DNA from: Bacteroidia bacterium
GTDB taxonomy: Bacteria > Bacteroidota > Bacteroidia > NS11-12g > UBA955
Reading direction: 5' to 3'
Assembly (NCBI GenBank): GCA_044357345.1
Contig: JBIKPR010000002.1
Coordinates: 21,914 to 85,913, forward strand
Length of the DNA: 64,000 nucleotides
Both the position numbers and the translations under genes were made by a program. The first letter of the stretch is position 1. The number at the start of each line of letters is the position of its first letter. Positions 29,223-38,408 of this stretch are shown here, in pieces. The notes below the pieces were generated by a model, which saw nothing but the letters and a program-made list of their open reading frames with translations, did no database searches and was not told the DNA's origin.

Positions 29223-30614
29223 TTAAATCTTACACTGCATTTTAACTTCTTCAATCAGGTTTTTCATGTCTGTATCAGGGTTGTTTATGCGGATAAAATT
29301 ACCATGTCCATGTTTGGCTAATTTTTGTAAAAATTCAATTGCTTTAAGGTCTTGTCCAAACCCTATGCTCGATAAAATAACCTTATCTTGACGGTAAGCT
29401 TTAGAAGCCAATTTATACAAGTCTTCGTTGCTCATTTTGCTGCTGTTTAGTAAGCCATCGGTAGCAATAAAAACTTGGTTGTTCCCATTTTGTATAAAAT
29501 ATTTTCTGGCAATTTCGTAGGCGATTACCAAACTTTGAGAACCATTGCTGCCTCCACCTGCTTTAAGTGTATCGATGGCACGGTCGATTGCACGGCGGTC
29601 GAGTCCACTTAGATTCTCAAACACCACCCGCACTTTGTTGGTGTAAGTAATAAGCGTTATGAAGTCGCCAGGTCGGATAACGGAGGTTAATTCTTTAATC
29701 GATTTTTTGAGGTAATTTAATTTGCCCGAATCGCGCATACTGCCGCTGATGTCGACGATAAATATTAAATGGTTTGGTTTGTATTTAAATGAATTAAACC
29801 CAGAATCTTTATAGGCCACTGGCACATACGCAGGGGTTTCTGGGACAATAAGACTGTCTTTGTCCTTATGCTTTTCGACATGCTTTTTCTCTGTAATTAA
29901 AACCGGTTTCTTATCTGGAATTAAAACTGGCTTTTTCTCAGTACTATCAATTATTGGAGTTAAGAAAATCACACAGTCGTGGTTTTTTTCTGAATAATTA
30001 AAGTCAATTGCGTTGCTGGCATAGCCTTTTTTAGATGCAAGAACACTTACTATTCCATAATCGACTTTGCATTTGTAGTTCCAAGATTCAAAGCCAGGCA
30101 CACAGCTGTAGTCTATGTAGTTTCTCTGAACTTTTACTTGGGCTATTTTTATAATTTCAGAGGTGTTGACATCCCGCACGGTAATGCTCAAAGGAATTTG
30201 ATCGTTCTTTATCGGACGGCTATTTTCAATTGAAGGACAAATACTGAAAGCTGTTTCTCGAATTGATTTGATATTGCCTTTTATTTTTAAAACAGTGGGC
30301 GTGTTGCTGTTGCTGAAATACAATTGGATGTCTTGGTTAAAACTTCCTTTTTTGTCCGTGTAATACACAATACCAATGAGCATGATGCTGCCGGGAGCTA
30401 TGGTTTTACTGCTGCAAAGCACAGCGTAATTGTCTTTGGGTTGAGTAGACAAAAGGTAAACGTTTTTGCCTCCTGTGTTGCTGAATGTAAAGTAAGCTGT
30501 ATCGTTGTTAAAATAGGTGATGTTGCCAAAATCGTGCACCGTTTTGTCTGCTTGCAATTGTGCATGGACAAAAATGGGCAATGAAAAGATTAGAAATAAA
30601 AACGACTTGAACAT
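29223..30614 (-). CDS. secreted von Willebrand factor A domain protein with DUF1573-like N-terminus
   Basis: Signal peptide, HDFGNI..., and the MIDAS motif FIVDISGSM. Confidence 0.72.
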   Translation of the reverse strand: MFKSFLFLIFSLPIFVHAQLQADKTVHDFGNITYFNNDTAYFTFSNTGGKNVYLLSTQPKDNYAVLCSSKTIAPGSIMLIGIVYYTDKKGSFNQDIQLYFSNSNTPTVLKIKGNIKSIRETAFSICPSIENSRPIKNDQIPLSITVRDVNTSEIIKIAQVKVQRNYIDYSCVPGFESWNYKCKVDYGIVSVLASKKGYASNAIDFNYSEKNHDCVIFLTPIIDSTEKKPVLIPDKKPVLITEKKHVEKHKDKDSLIVPETPAYVPVAYKDSGFNSFKYKPNHLIFIVDISGSMRDSGKLNYLKKSIKELTSVIRPGDFITLITYTNKVRVVFENLSGLDRRAIDRAIDTLKAGGGSNGSQSLVIAYEIARKYFIQNGNNQVFIATDGLLNSSKMSNEDLYKLASKAYRQDKVILSSIGFGQDLKAIEFLQKLAKHGHGNFIRINNPDTDMKNLIEEVKMQCKI

Positions 30615-30835
30615 ATAGGATTTTAAACGAAAACCGTACCAAATAATTGTTAGGTAACAAAACTAGCTTTAATTGTGTTCTTTTCAAGAACAACAGCGCA
30701 TAAAAGTAAATATTTGTAACACAATTTTAATATATTTGTCATCTTATTCATTTAGTCAAACGGCTATATCCAAACCTAAAGCAGTTTTAAATGTTTAAGT
30801 TGTTTGCGCTGTAAAATAACTGTATTCCACATGCG

Positions 30836-31723
30836 TTGTTAAAGTTTCACAGTTTAGAAAGAAATAATTTGGTCGAGCACAACTATTACCGCCTCATGGA
30901 AATTGAATCGTTTTCTGACATAGAAACGGTTAAGAAACGTTACCGCGAATTGGCGAAGTTGTACCATCCCGACCGCAATCCAAACAACAAGCACGCCGAG
31001 GAATATTTTAAAATTCTTACCCAGGGTTATAATATATTGTCTGAGCCCGATGATAAAATATTATACGACAATGCCCTCAAAGGTTATTACACCATTAAGC
31101 CAAACGAAGCGCCAAAGCCGAGCAAGGATGAGATAACCCGAGCGAAAGTTAGGGCCCACAAAGAGAACAAACGCAAGCGGTTTATCGAAGAGTTTTTAAA
31201 AGCAGAGAATGACTTTCCGCACAAGTATAGATTTTTGGTGTCCATGATGTTGTTCTTCAGTGGCATATTAATGTGTTACAACCATTGGTTTATTAACTTG
31301 CTCAACTATAAAATTCTGTACATTGTACTCGGTGGATTTGTTTTCGGTCTTGGCGCTTATCAAAGTGCAGAAAACATTTACAAACGCAGAACCTTTAAGA
31401 AAGCCATGCGCATAGAGCCTTATAACAGCGATGGTGGTTCGATTCGAATATTTCTGTTTTTGTTTTTTGCAACGCCTATTTTGTTTTTGGGCTTAATGAA
31501 AATTACCAAGACGGTTCACCTCACCTATTTTTATGAGACCTGCGACATTGATCGGATAAAGTTTTTCGCCAACGAACTCGAATATTATTACATTGTTAAC
31601 GGCGAGTTAATTGCTAGAAGAGCAGATAAAATTCCGGTTGAAGCGTATTACGATTTGAAAAAAGTAAAGGTGCGTTTTTCTAGAATCAATCCTGTGATAA
31701 GTGAATTGTTTACTGAGCCTTAA
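30836..31723 (+). CDS. J-domain (DnaJ-like) membrane protein
   Basis: YYRLMEI...VKKRYRELAKLYHPDRNP (HPD motif) followed by three TM segments. The start is uncertain (TTG at 30836 or 30869). Confidence 0.72.
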   Translation: MLKFHSLERNNLVEHNYYRLMEIESFSDIETVKKRYRELAKLYHPDRNPNNKHAEEYFKILTQGYNILSEPDDKILYDNALKGYYTIKPNEAPKPSKDEITRAKVRAHKENKRKRFIEEFLKAENDFPHKYRFLVSMMLFFSGILMCYNHWFINLLNYKILYIVLGGFVFGLGAYQSAENIYKRRTFKKAMRIEPYNSDGGSIRIFLFLFFATPILFLGLMKITKTVHLTYFYETCDIDRIKFFANELEYYYIVNGELIARRADKIPVEAYYDLKKVKVRFSRINPVISELFTEP

Positions 31724-32913
31724 TACACCAAAATATTTTTACAGTAAACAGAGTTTTTGCTTTGTATTTGAATTATGAAAAGACCCTTGGCATCAATGCG
31801 AATTTGAGATAAATCAGCATTCATTTCAAATTGAATTTCTTCGCCAAGCGCATTATAAACTTTAATATTTTCTATTTCTGCAGAATTGCCGATTGCGCAT
31901 ACACCGTTGCTTGGATTTGGGTAGACTGAAAATGGGGTTTCCTTATTGCTGATCAAACTTAATCCATAACCACCTCTATTTGTTGTTCTGTAAATACTTC
32001 CTCCATCGCCAACACTCAAACCAATGTTTTTGCTGAAAAATATAGAATTTAACGAGGAAGCTGATCCAGTAATTTGCAAACCTCTGTTGTTTATTGGCTG
32101 GTATGATTTTGAAATTAAACCATTGCTGCCGCAGATAAATCCGGTATCAGCATTTAAGAAATGCAAACTGTTGGGGATTTTCATTTCTGGTAGGCTGCTT
32201 TGAGAAAAACTGCTTCCTCCATTTGCGCTCAATAAAATAATGTTTTGAAACTTTCCAGCCGTGGCACTATCGGGCATTCCACCACAAATGATGAGTATAG
32301 AATCGCCAATAGATGTGATGCTGGTCAAATTGATTTTGCTGTTAAATTTTTTATTTTCCCAAAGCCTCCTGCTTATATGCTTGTTGAGGATATAGCCACT
32401 GTCGCCAACCGCCCAGCACTGTCCGTTTGGTAATATACACACACTGTTTAAGCGTTTGTTTGAAATAAATGTTGTGTCAACGGCCCATGATTCACCTAGG
32501 TTGTTGCTGCTCAACGCCAACATGTCTTTACCAACCGAAATCCCATATTGACCGCGAAAGTGTATGTCGTAACCATACGCAGCGGTGCGCACATATTTTT
32601 GTGTCCAGGTGCTGCCACCATTGCTTGTTTTTTGAATGCGTGCATTTTCGCCAATGAAAAAACCGGTGTCCTTGTTTAAGAAAAATACGGCACGCATATT
32701 TTCAGGTATGCTAAGGTTGAGCTTGCTCCATGTTTTGCCGGTATCGACAGATTTTAGCAATGCACTGTTTTGCCCCACCACATATGCCGTGGCGCCTATC
32801 ATGTGCACATCAAAAAGGTCTTTGTTGTTGGAAGGATTGTTGATTTTTTTCCATTGAGCCGATAAAGAGGCCGGTAAACAAAAAGCAATAAGAATAAATA
32901 AATAAGGTTTCAT
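31720..32913 (-). CDS. BNR/Asp-box repeat (Ycf48-like beta-propeller) protein with T9SS C-terminal sorting domain
   Basis: Start set at MKPYLFILIAFCLPASLSAQ (signal peptide). Asp-box repeats SVDTGKTWS, SNGGSTWT and NNLGESWA. C-terminal VYPNPSNGVCAI... Confidence 0.72.
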   Translation of the reverse strand: MKPYLFILIAFCLPASLSAQWKKINNPSNNKDLFDVHMIGATAYVVGQNSALLKSVDTGKTWSKLNLSIPENMRAVFFLNKDTGFFIGENARIQKTSNGGSTWTQKYVRTAAYGYDIHFRGQYGISVGKDMLALSSNNLGESWAVDTTFISNKRLNSVCILPNGQCWAVGDSGYILNKHISRRLWENKKFNSKINLTSITSIGDSILIICGGMPDSATAGKFQNIILLSANGGSSFSQSSLPEMKIPNSLHFLNADTGFICGSNGLISKSYQPINNRGLQITGSASSLNSIFFSKNIGLSVGDGGSIYRTTNRGGYGLSLISNKETPFSVYPNPSNGVCAIGNSAEIENIKVYNALGEEIQFEMNADLSQIRIDAKGLFIIQIQSKNSVYCKNILVY

Positions 32914-33033
32914 GTGCACACACAAAGGTAATAAAAATAAATTTCTATGAAATTTGTTTTCTGCATCGAGTGGATAAATTGAGGTATAGAATTTTGCAAT
33001 AAATAAATCTCTAAGGCTTAGTATATTTGTGGG

Positions 33034-33210
33034 GTGAAACAGGCGTTGGTAAACGAGGATTATTACTTTGATAAAAATGGCTTTATGGTTTTTACGAAAG
33101 CCTACCATTTGAAGCGGGGAGATTGCTGCGGCTGTGCTTGTAAGCATTGCCCCTACGAACACAAAAATGTGCCTTTAAGCAAACGCAATTCAAATGGAAG
33201 AACAACTTGA
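33034..33210 (+). CDS. small Cys-rich DUF5522-like protein (below the ORF-track size cut-off)
   Basis: Translates to VKQALVNEDYYFDKNGFMVFTKAYHLKRGDCCGCACKHCPYEHKNVPLSKRNSNGRTT. YHL.RG.CCG..C.HCPY is the family signature. The start (GTG at 33034 or TTG at 33046) is uncertain. Confidence 0.6.
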   Translation: MKQALVNEDYYFDKNGFMVFTKAYHLKRGDCCGCACKHCPYEHKNVPLSKRNSNGRTT

Positions 33211-33475
33211 CCCGCTGGCAGAACAAATATTATCGCTCTTGGTTTTTGAAGAAACCTTCGAGCAATTGCTTTCAGAATTGCCGCAATTCAGCTATTACGC
33301 TATCGCTGATGAACTGAAAACTTTAATCGTAAAAGATTACGCACGCCCTTGCCGGGATATTGAAAGCGATATCACCTCAGGTATTTTATATGATTCTGAT
33401 CATTTAAATGCTTATAGTTTTACACTTACAGCTTGCGGAATCACATATCTAGAAAATAACTTAAAACTAAAGTAA
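33194..33475 (+). CDS. hypothetical protein
   Basis: 93-aa ORF overlapping the end of the small Cys-rich ORF by 17 nt. No motif recognised. Confidence 0.4.
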   Translation: MEEQLDPLAEQILSLLVFEETFEQLLSELPQFSYYAIADELKTLIVKDYARPCRDIESDITSGILYDSDHLNAYSFTLTACGITYLENNLKLK

Positions 33476-33509
33476 AAGTCACTTTATTCTTTGGAAAATA
33501 GGTGTATTA

Positions 33510-34409
33510 TTGCAAGTAATGAAATTCGGTGCAATAGACATTGGTTCCAACGGAGTAAGGCTTTTGATATCAAGGCCTTTACAAGAAGATACATTAAAGC
33601 CTGAATGGAAAAAGGTTGAATTTACCCGCTTGCCAATTCGTTTGGGCGACGATGTGTTTAGCACCAAAGAAATTGGAAAAAAGAAAACTGAATTACTGAC
33701 CAAAGCGGTTAAAGCCTTTAGTTTGTTGTTGGATATTTACAATGTCGACTTTTACAGAGCATGCGCAACCAGTGCCATGCGCGATGCCAAGAATTCAGAT
33801 AAGATTGTTAAACTCATTAAAAAGGAAACTGGTATCACAATAGATATCATTACAGGTAATGCCGAGAGCAAACTGATAATGAATGCCTTCCTGCATATGT
33901 TACCAAAAACAGAAACTTTCTTACACGTTGATGTTGGCGGTGGAAGTACCGAGTTGACCTTAATTCAAGAAAACAAAGCCTTGGTGGGGAAAAGTTTTAA
34001 CATTGGAACAGTAAGGGCAAGAGAGAATAAAATTAAGCCGGAAGAGTACGATAAAATGCATGCCTGGATTAAAGAACATGTAACCTGGGTGCCCAAATTA
34101 AAAGGGGTAGGAACGGGAGGTAATATCCATAAATTTGGAGAGTTGGCCGGAGTTTCCCAAGGCAATTATATGAAATTGCAAAAGTTGATAGAATTAACGG
34201 AAGATATTGAAGCCATCGATTTGTATGAGAGGGTTTACCATTTAAAATTAAATCCAGATAGGGCAGAAGTTATCGATGTGGCAGGTCGAATTTATATGGA
34301 CATTTTTGCACGCACCAATATTTCTGATATTCTAACTCCATACCATGGTTTGAAAGATGGAATTATCCAAGATTTGTGGGAACGTTTTTACACCAAACAA
34401 AAGGATTAA
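33510..34409 (+). CDS. ppx: Ppx/GppA family phosphatase (exopolyphosphatase-like)
   Basis: FGAIDIGSNGVRLLI and DVGGGSTE (ASKHA fold phosphate motifs). Confidence 0.82.
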   Translation: MQVMKFGAIDIGSNGVRLLISRPLQEDTLKPEWKKVEFTRLPIRLGDDVFSTKEIGKKKTELLTKAVKAFSLLLDIYNVDFYRACATSAMRDAKNSDKIVKLIKKETGITIDIITGNAESKLIMNAFLHMLPKTETFLHVDVGGGSTELTLIQENKALVGKSFNIGTVRARENKIKPEEYDKMHAWIKEHVTWVPKLKGVGTGGNIHKFGELAGVSQGNYMKLQKLIELTEDIEAIDLYERVYHLKLNPDRAEVIDVAGRIYMDIFARTNISDILTPYHGLKDGIIQDLWERFYTKQKD

Positions 34410-34559
34410 TTCAAAAAGCCAGGACTTTCTTTTATCCGCATATAAATCGTTTGAATTTATGCGTTTGTCGTTTTCTTCCATTTTCTTCTCTAATTTTCTT
34501 CGGTTTTAGTCAATAAATGCTTAAATTCGCACCCGTTTTAAAAGACCAATAAGAGAAAA

Positions 34560-34976
34560 ATGACCAACAAAACCTTCACCATGATTAAGCCTGATGCAGT
34601 AGCAAACGGCCACACTGGAAAAATCATCGACGATATTTTAGCTGCAGGCTTCAAAATCGAAGCAATGAAATATTTACAATTAACACAAGCGCAAGCTGAA
34701 GCATTTTATGGTGTTCACAGCGAGCGTCCATTCTTCAGAGATTTGGTTAACTTTATGATCAGCGGTCCTATCGTTGCTGCAATTTTAGAAGGTGACAATG
34801 CGATTGAAAATTTCAGAAATTTAATCGGTGCAACCAACCCTGCAAACGCAGCAGAAGGAACCATCCGTAAAAAATATGCGGTGAGCATTGATGCAAACGC
34901 AATCCATGGTAGCGACAGCGACGAGAATGCAGCAATTGAAGGCAACTTCTTTTTCTCATCATTCGAACGTTTCTAA
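34560..34976 (+). CDS. ndk: nucleoside-diphosphate kinase
   Basis: [15 protein letters not shown] and NAIHGSDS (active-site His). Confidence 0.95.
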   Translation: MTNKTFTMIKPDAVANGHTGKIIDDILAAGFKIEAMKYLQLTQAQAEAFYGVHSERPFFRDLVNFMISGPIVAAILEGDNAIENFRNLIGATNPANAAEGTIRKKYAVSIDANAIHGSDSDENAAIEGNFFFSSFERF

Positions 34977-35037
34977 GCTTTAATACAAAAATAATTCAAG
35001 AGAAGCATCTACGAAAGTGGGTGCTTTTCTTTTTGTT

Positions 35038-35080
35038 CCCGAGAAGGATTCAGCCGCAGGGCGGCTGAATCCTTCTCGGG
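35038..35080. repeat. perfect 20-bp-stem/3-nt-loop hairpin element
   Basis: cccgagaaggattcagccgc-agg-gcggctgaatccttctcggg. It lies after a separate ndk terminator-like hairpin, and its leading ttgttcccgag matches the 107-bp repeat unit at 42.2 kb. Confidence 0.8.
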
Positions 35081-35104
35081 TTTGCTTCCTTCCTCCCAAT
35101 TCCG

Positions 35105-35112
35105 TAAATTTG
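35105..35112 (+). promoter_or_regulatory. Bacteroidota -7 promoter box upstream of nadK
   Basis: taaatttg, 51 nt upstream of the ATG at 35163. Confidence 0.35.
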
Positions 35113-35162
35113 TATTTTTATAAGGCATATCAGGGTTTTGTAAAAGTTAAAATTGCCAGCGT

Positions 35163-36029
35163 ATGAAAATCGGGTTGTACACCAAAGTCGTTAACACGCC
35201 TAGACAAGTAAAGTTGATGGATGACATTATTGGTTTCTTGCTTTCTGAGCAGGTTGATCTGTATTTGCACAGCTATTTGGCTTCTTGTCTTGAAAATAAA
35301 TATGGATTACCAGAGTTTGAATACCTCTGCAAGAAATCGGCTGAACTCGATTTTTTAATTAGTGTGGGTGGAGATGGTACCATACTCAGTGCTGTAGAAA
35401 TAACAGGCGATAGTCAAGTGCCAATTATCGGGGTTAATACTGGTCGTTTGGGTTTCTTAGCCAATGTATCAACCGACGGATTTATTCAAGCATTCAAAGA
35501 ACTTAAAGTCGGGAATTATTCCTTAGACAAACGAACGCTTTTGCAATTGGAAAGCAATGCCGATTTGTTCCGTTTTAACTATGCACTCAACGATTTTGTT
35601 TTGCATAAAAAAGAAACCAGCAGCATGATCACTGTGCATGCGTTTTTAAATGGTGAACCATTGAATTCCTATTGGGCTGATGGACTTATTGTTTCTACAC
35701 CTACAGGTTCTTCAGGGTATTCCTTGAGCTGCGGTGGTCCAATATTGTTCCCAAAATCTTCCAGTTTGGTTGTTACGCCCATTGCCCCGCACAATTTAAA
35801 TGTAAGGCCGGTTATTATTCCGGATGATCAAGTTTTGAGTTTTGAAATTGAAGGCAGAAGTGCCAATTTTTTAGCCTCTTTAGACAGCCGTTCGGTAACC
35901 ATCGATCAGACCATACAAATAGCAATTCGCAAAGCTGATTTTCACATCAATTTGGTGCGTTTCGAAGGCGATACCTTCTTGAAAACATTGCGCCAAAAAA
36001 TGCTGTGGGGTATGGACAATAGAAATTAA
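35163..36029 (+). CDS. nadK: NAD+ kinase
   Basis: VGGDGT, NTGRLGFL and STPTGSSGYSLS motifs. Confidence 0.9.
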   Translation: MKIGLYTKVVNTPRQVKLMDDIIGFLLSEQVDLYLHSYLASCLENKYGLPEFEYLCKKSAELDFLISVGGDGTILSAVEITGDSQVPIIGVNTGRLGFLANVSTDGFIQAFKELKVGNYSLDKRTLLQLESNADLFRFNYALNDFVLHKKETSSMITVHAFLNGEPLNSYWADGLIVSTPTGSSGYSLSCGGPILFPKSSSLVVTPIAPHNLNVRPVIIPDDQVLSFEIEGRSANFLASLDSRSVTIDQTIQIAIRKADFHINLVRFEGDTFLKTLRQKMLWGMDNRN

Positions 36030-36076
36030 TTCTCGGGCTTTTACAAGCTCGAAAAATATCTTAAGTTTGTTGTCTA

Positions 36077-36835
36077 ATGAAAATCATTTCATACAACGTA
36101 AACGGCATTCGTTCTGCCATGAGTAAAGGTTTTGTTGATTTTTTAAAACAGGAAAATCCCGATACCGTTTGTCTCCAAGAAATTAAAGCCCAAGAACAAG
36201 ACATTGACCAAGCTGCTTTGGAAGCTTTGGGTTACCATTGCTATTGGTTTCCTGCCGAGAAGAAAGGCTATAGTGGGGTAGGTATACTGAGTAAAGAAAA
36301 AGCAAAATCAGTGCATAAAGGCATGGGCCATTATTTGTTTGACTCAGAGGGTCGTGTGATCAAAGCAGTGTTTGAAAACTGTGAAGTTATCAGTGCCTAT
36401 TTTCCTTCCGGTACTACTGGTGATATACGTCAACAAGTGAAGTATGAGTTTTTAGAAGCCTTTCATCAGTTTATCCAAAACGATCCGAACAGAGATAAAT
36501 TGTTGGTGTGCGGCGATTATAATATTTGCCATAAAGAAATAGATATACACGATCCCGTAGGCAATAAAAATTCAAGTGGTTTTTTACCTGAAGAACGGGT
36601 GTGGATGGACCAATGGTTTGGAAGTGGTATGCACGATAGCTTTAGGTTAATTAATCAGGAGCCTCACCATTACACATGGTGGAGTTTTAGAACTGCTGCC
36701 CGAGCGCGCAACAAGGGTTGGAGAATCGACTACATTTCAATTGGAGATAGCATCCGCGAAAGGCTAAGTGCTGCGGGCGTTTTGAGTGCTTATGTGCACA
36801 GCGACCATTGCGGATTATACGCTGAGATAAAATGA
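36077..36835 (+). CDS. xth: exodeoxyribonuclease III
   Basis: MKIISYNVNGIRS, CLQE, GDYN and SDHC motifs of the Xth/APE1 family. Confidence 0.92.
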   Translation: MKIISYNVNGIRSAMSKGFVDFLKQENPDTVCLQEIKAQEQDIDQAALEALGYHCYWFPAEKKGYSGVGILSKEKAKSVHKGMGHYLFDSEGRVIKAVFENCEVISAYFPSGTTGDIRQQVKYEFLEAFHQFIQNDPNRDKLLVCGDYNICHKEIDIHDPVGNKNSSGFLPEERVWMDQWFGSGMHDSFRLINQEPHHYTWWSFRTAARARNKGWRIDYISIGDSIRERLSAAGVLSAYVHSDHCGLYAEIK

Positions 36836-37584
36836 ACTTTTTAAAACGTTTATTGCCTAAATCATTCAAACAATTTTTGTGGTTTGTGTTCAAATCCCCA
36901 CAAAGAAAATGGATTGGATTTTTGTCGGTAATAAGCGATTTAAAGGCATGGTTTTCCACTAGAAAAAGACCAAATAATTTACAAGCAATTAGTGTCTGTG
37001 TCGGGATTAAAAACCGCAGCCATAATTTATTAAATTACGTCATCCCATCGCTTAATTTATGTCATGGTTTAGAAATGATTGAGCTGTCTGTATTCGACTG
37101 TGGCAGCGATGATATGCATGATTTGGAATCAGAAATTCGCAAGCTTTGGAAGGGTAAATTGGTTTACAAGCAAGCGCCTCAAAAATTTGCACGAAGCATT
37201 AGTTTTAATGCAGCAGTTAAACAAAGTACAAACAACTTAATATTAATTTGCGATGCTGACATGTCCTTGCCTCAAGATGTTCTTGAAAAAGTAAACCGTT
37301 ACATTGGGAAATATTCTGCTTGGTTTCCGCAAATTTGGTTTTGCCACGAAGATGGTACTGGTCATTTTATGTCTGAGGGCACAGGAATTATGGCAAGCCA
37401 ACGTCAGCAGTTTTTAGATCTTGGGGGTTATGATGAAAGCATCACCGAATGGGGCAAGGAAGATTGGCTTTTGTTTTTTGAATTTTATAAAAAAGGCATA
37501 GGCTGTATGCGCAGCAATGAACCGAATTTTATACACCATTACCACGAGAGCTTGAAGCCGGAGGGATTTATACCCTTATTTTGA
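36832..37584 (+). CDS. GT-A fold glycosyltransferase (galactosyltransferase-like)
   Basis: ICDADMSLP (DxD) and LGGYDESITEWGKEDWLLF. ATGA overlap with xth. Confidence 0.55.
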   Translation: MNFLKRLLPKSFKQFLWFVFKSPQRKWIGFLSVISDLKAWFSTRKRPNNLQAISVCVGIKNRSHNLLNYVIPSLNLCHGLEMIELSVFDCGSDDMHDLESEIRKLWKGKLVYKQAPQKFARSISFNAAVKQSTNNLILICDADMSLPQDVLEKVNRYIGKYSAWFPQIWFCHEDGTGHFMSEGTGIMASQRQQFLDLGGYDESITEWGKEDWLLFFEFYKKGIGCMRSNEPNFIHHYHESLKPEGFIPLF

Positions 37585-37673
37585 GCAGAGCTTAAAATAA
37601 GCAACAGCAAGAGGGCTGAGTGGAGTTGGAAATACGAGGAGATCTCGAAATAAGTGAAAATAAAAATACGATT

Positions 37674-37733
37674 ACATGTTGTTGGAATCCCTGCCAACAA
37701 CGCCGCCAGTGCGATGACATAGTAGTTGTTTAC
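37674..37733 (+). repeat. REP unit (hairpin plus tail), left flank of RAYT
   Basis: acatgttgttggaatccctgccaacaacgcc followed by gccagtgcgatgacatagtagttgtttac. Confidence 0.8.
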
Positions 37734-37770
37734 GCTTGTAAGTAGTTCTAATTTTTTGTATCTTTAAGAT

Positions 37771-38304
37771 ATGAAAGCTAAATTTAATGAAACACTATTC
37801 TTCACTGCAACCGATCTAAATTGGATGCCTCTATTACAAAGTAAAACAAATAAGAATGATATTTTAGATTGTTTGAGTTATCTATCTAAGAATGACAAAT
37901 GTAGAATATATGCATTCGTTATTATGCCGAATCACATTCACTTAATTCTCGATTTAATTTCTATAAACAAATCTTCATTTCAAAACAGTTTTTTAGCTTA
38001 TACTGCTAAGCAATGTTTAAATCACTTGAAAAATACGAACTCTATATACCTGCCAAATTTAAAATCTACACAAGGTGATCGTCAATTTCAATTTTGGGAA
38101 CGTAACCCTTTTTGGACTTACATTCAAAATGAAGAATTAATGATTCAGAAAATTGGATACATTCATTTAAATCCAGTTCGCAAAGGCTATTTGAAATGTA
38201 AAACTGGTAGAGATTACTTTTACAGTTCCGCAAAGTCTTATGCAGATAAAACGGCTTATTTCGATTTTTTGAACTTAACCTGTCTTAATTATGAATGGGG
38301 TTAG
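37771..38304 (+). CDS. REP-associated tyrosine transposase (RAYT; IS200/IS605-like Y1 HUH transposase)
   Basis: HUH motif in FVIMPNHIHLIL and the catalytic-Tyr helix GYIHLNPVRKGY. 177 aa, and no tnpB partner. Confidence 0.85.
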   Translation: MKAKFNETLFFTATDLNWMPLLQSKTNKNDILDCLSYLSKNDKCRIYAFVIMPNHIHLILDLISINKSSFQNSFLAYTAKQCLNHLKNTNSIYLPNLKSTQGDRQFQFWERNPFWTYIQNEELMIQKIGYIHLNPVRKGYLKCKTGRDYFYSSAKSYADKTAYFDFLNLTCLNYEWG

Positions 38305-38319
38305 CGCGCCTGAAGAGAC

Positions 38320-38379
38320 GTTAACAACTATATTAACATTTTTTTTATGGCGTTGTTGGCAGGGATTCCAACAACATGT
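38320..38379 (-). repeat. REP unit, right flank of RAYT (inverted)
   Basis: gttaacaactat...ggcgttgttggcagggattccaacaacatgt. The last 31 nt are the exact reverse complement of 37674-37704. Confidence 0.8.
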
Positions 38380-38408
38380 TTTAGGAAGTCTTGTCCTAAC
38401 TGTTTCCC

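Larger units (their letters stand above)
37602..38380 (+). mobile_element. REPtron: RAYT gene with flanking inverted REP units
   Basis: A 31-nt perfect inverted repeat (37674-37704 versus 38349-38379) brackets the Y1-transposase-like ORF. Each arm is itself an 8-bp-stem hairpin (gttgttgg-N8-ccaacaac). Related units are dispersed in other intergenic regions. Confidence 0.8.

Noticed and set aside
32914-33162. N-terminal 83-codon extension of the BNR/T9SS protein given in the ORF track
   Set aside because: The extension has no protein-like features and precedes a clear signal peptide starting at the ATG at 32913. It also overlaps the plus-strand DUF5522-like small gene.
37771-38304. An ordinary IS200/IS605 insertion sequence
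   Set aside because: There is no tnpB. The flanks are symmetric inverted hairpins rather than the asymmetric left and right subterminal hairpins of IS200/IS605, and related hairpins are dispersed without the gene. This fits a domesticated RAYT better.
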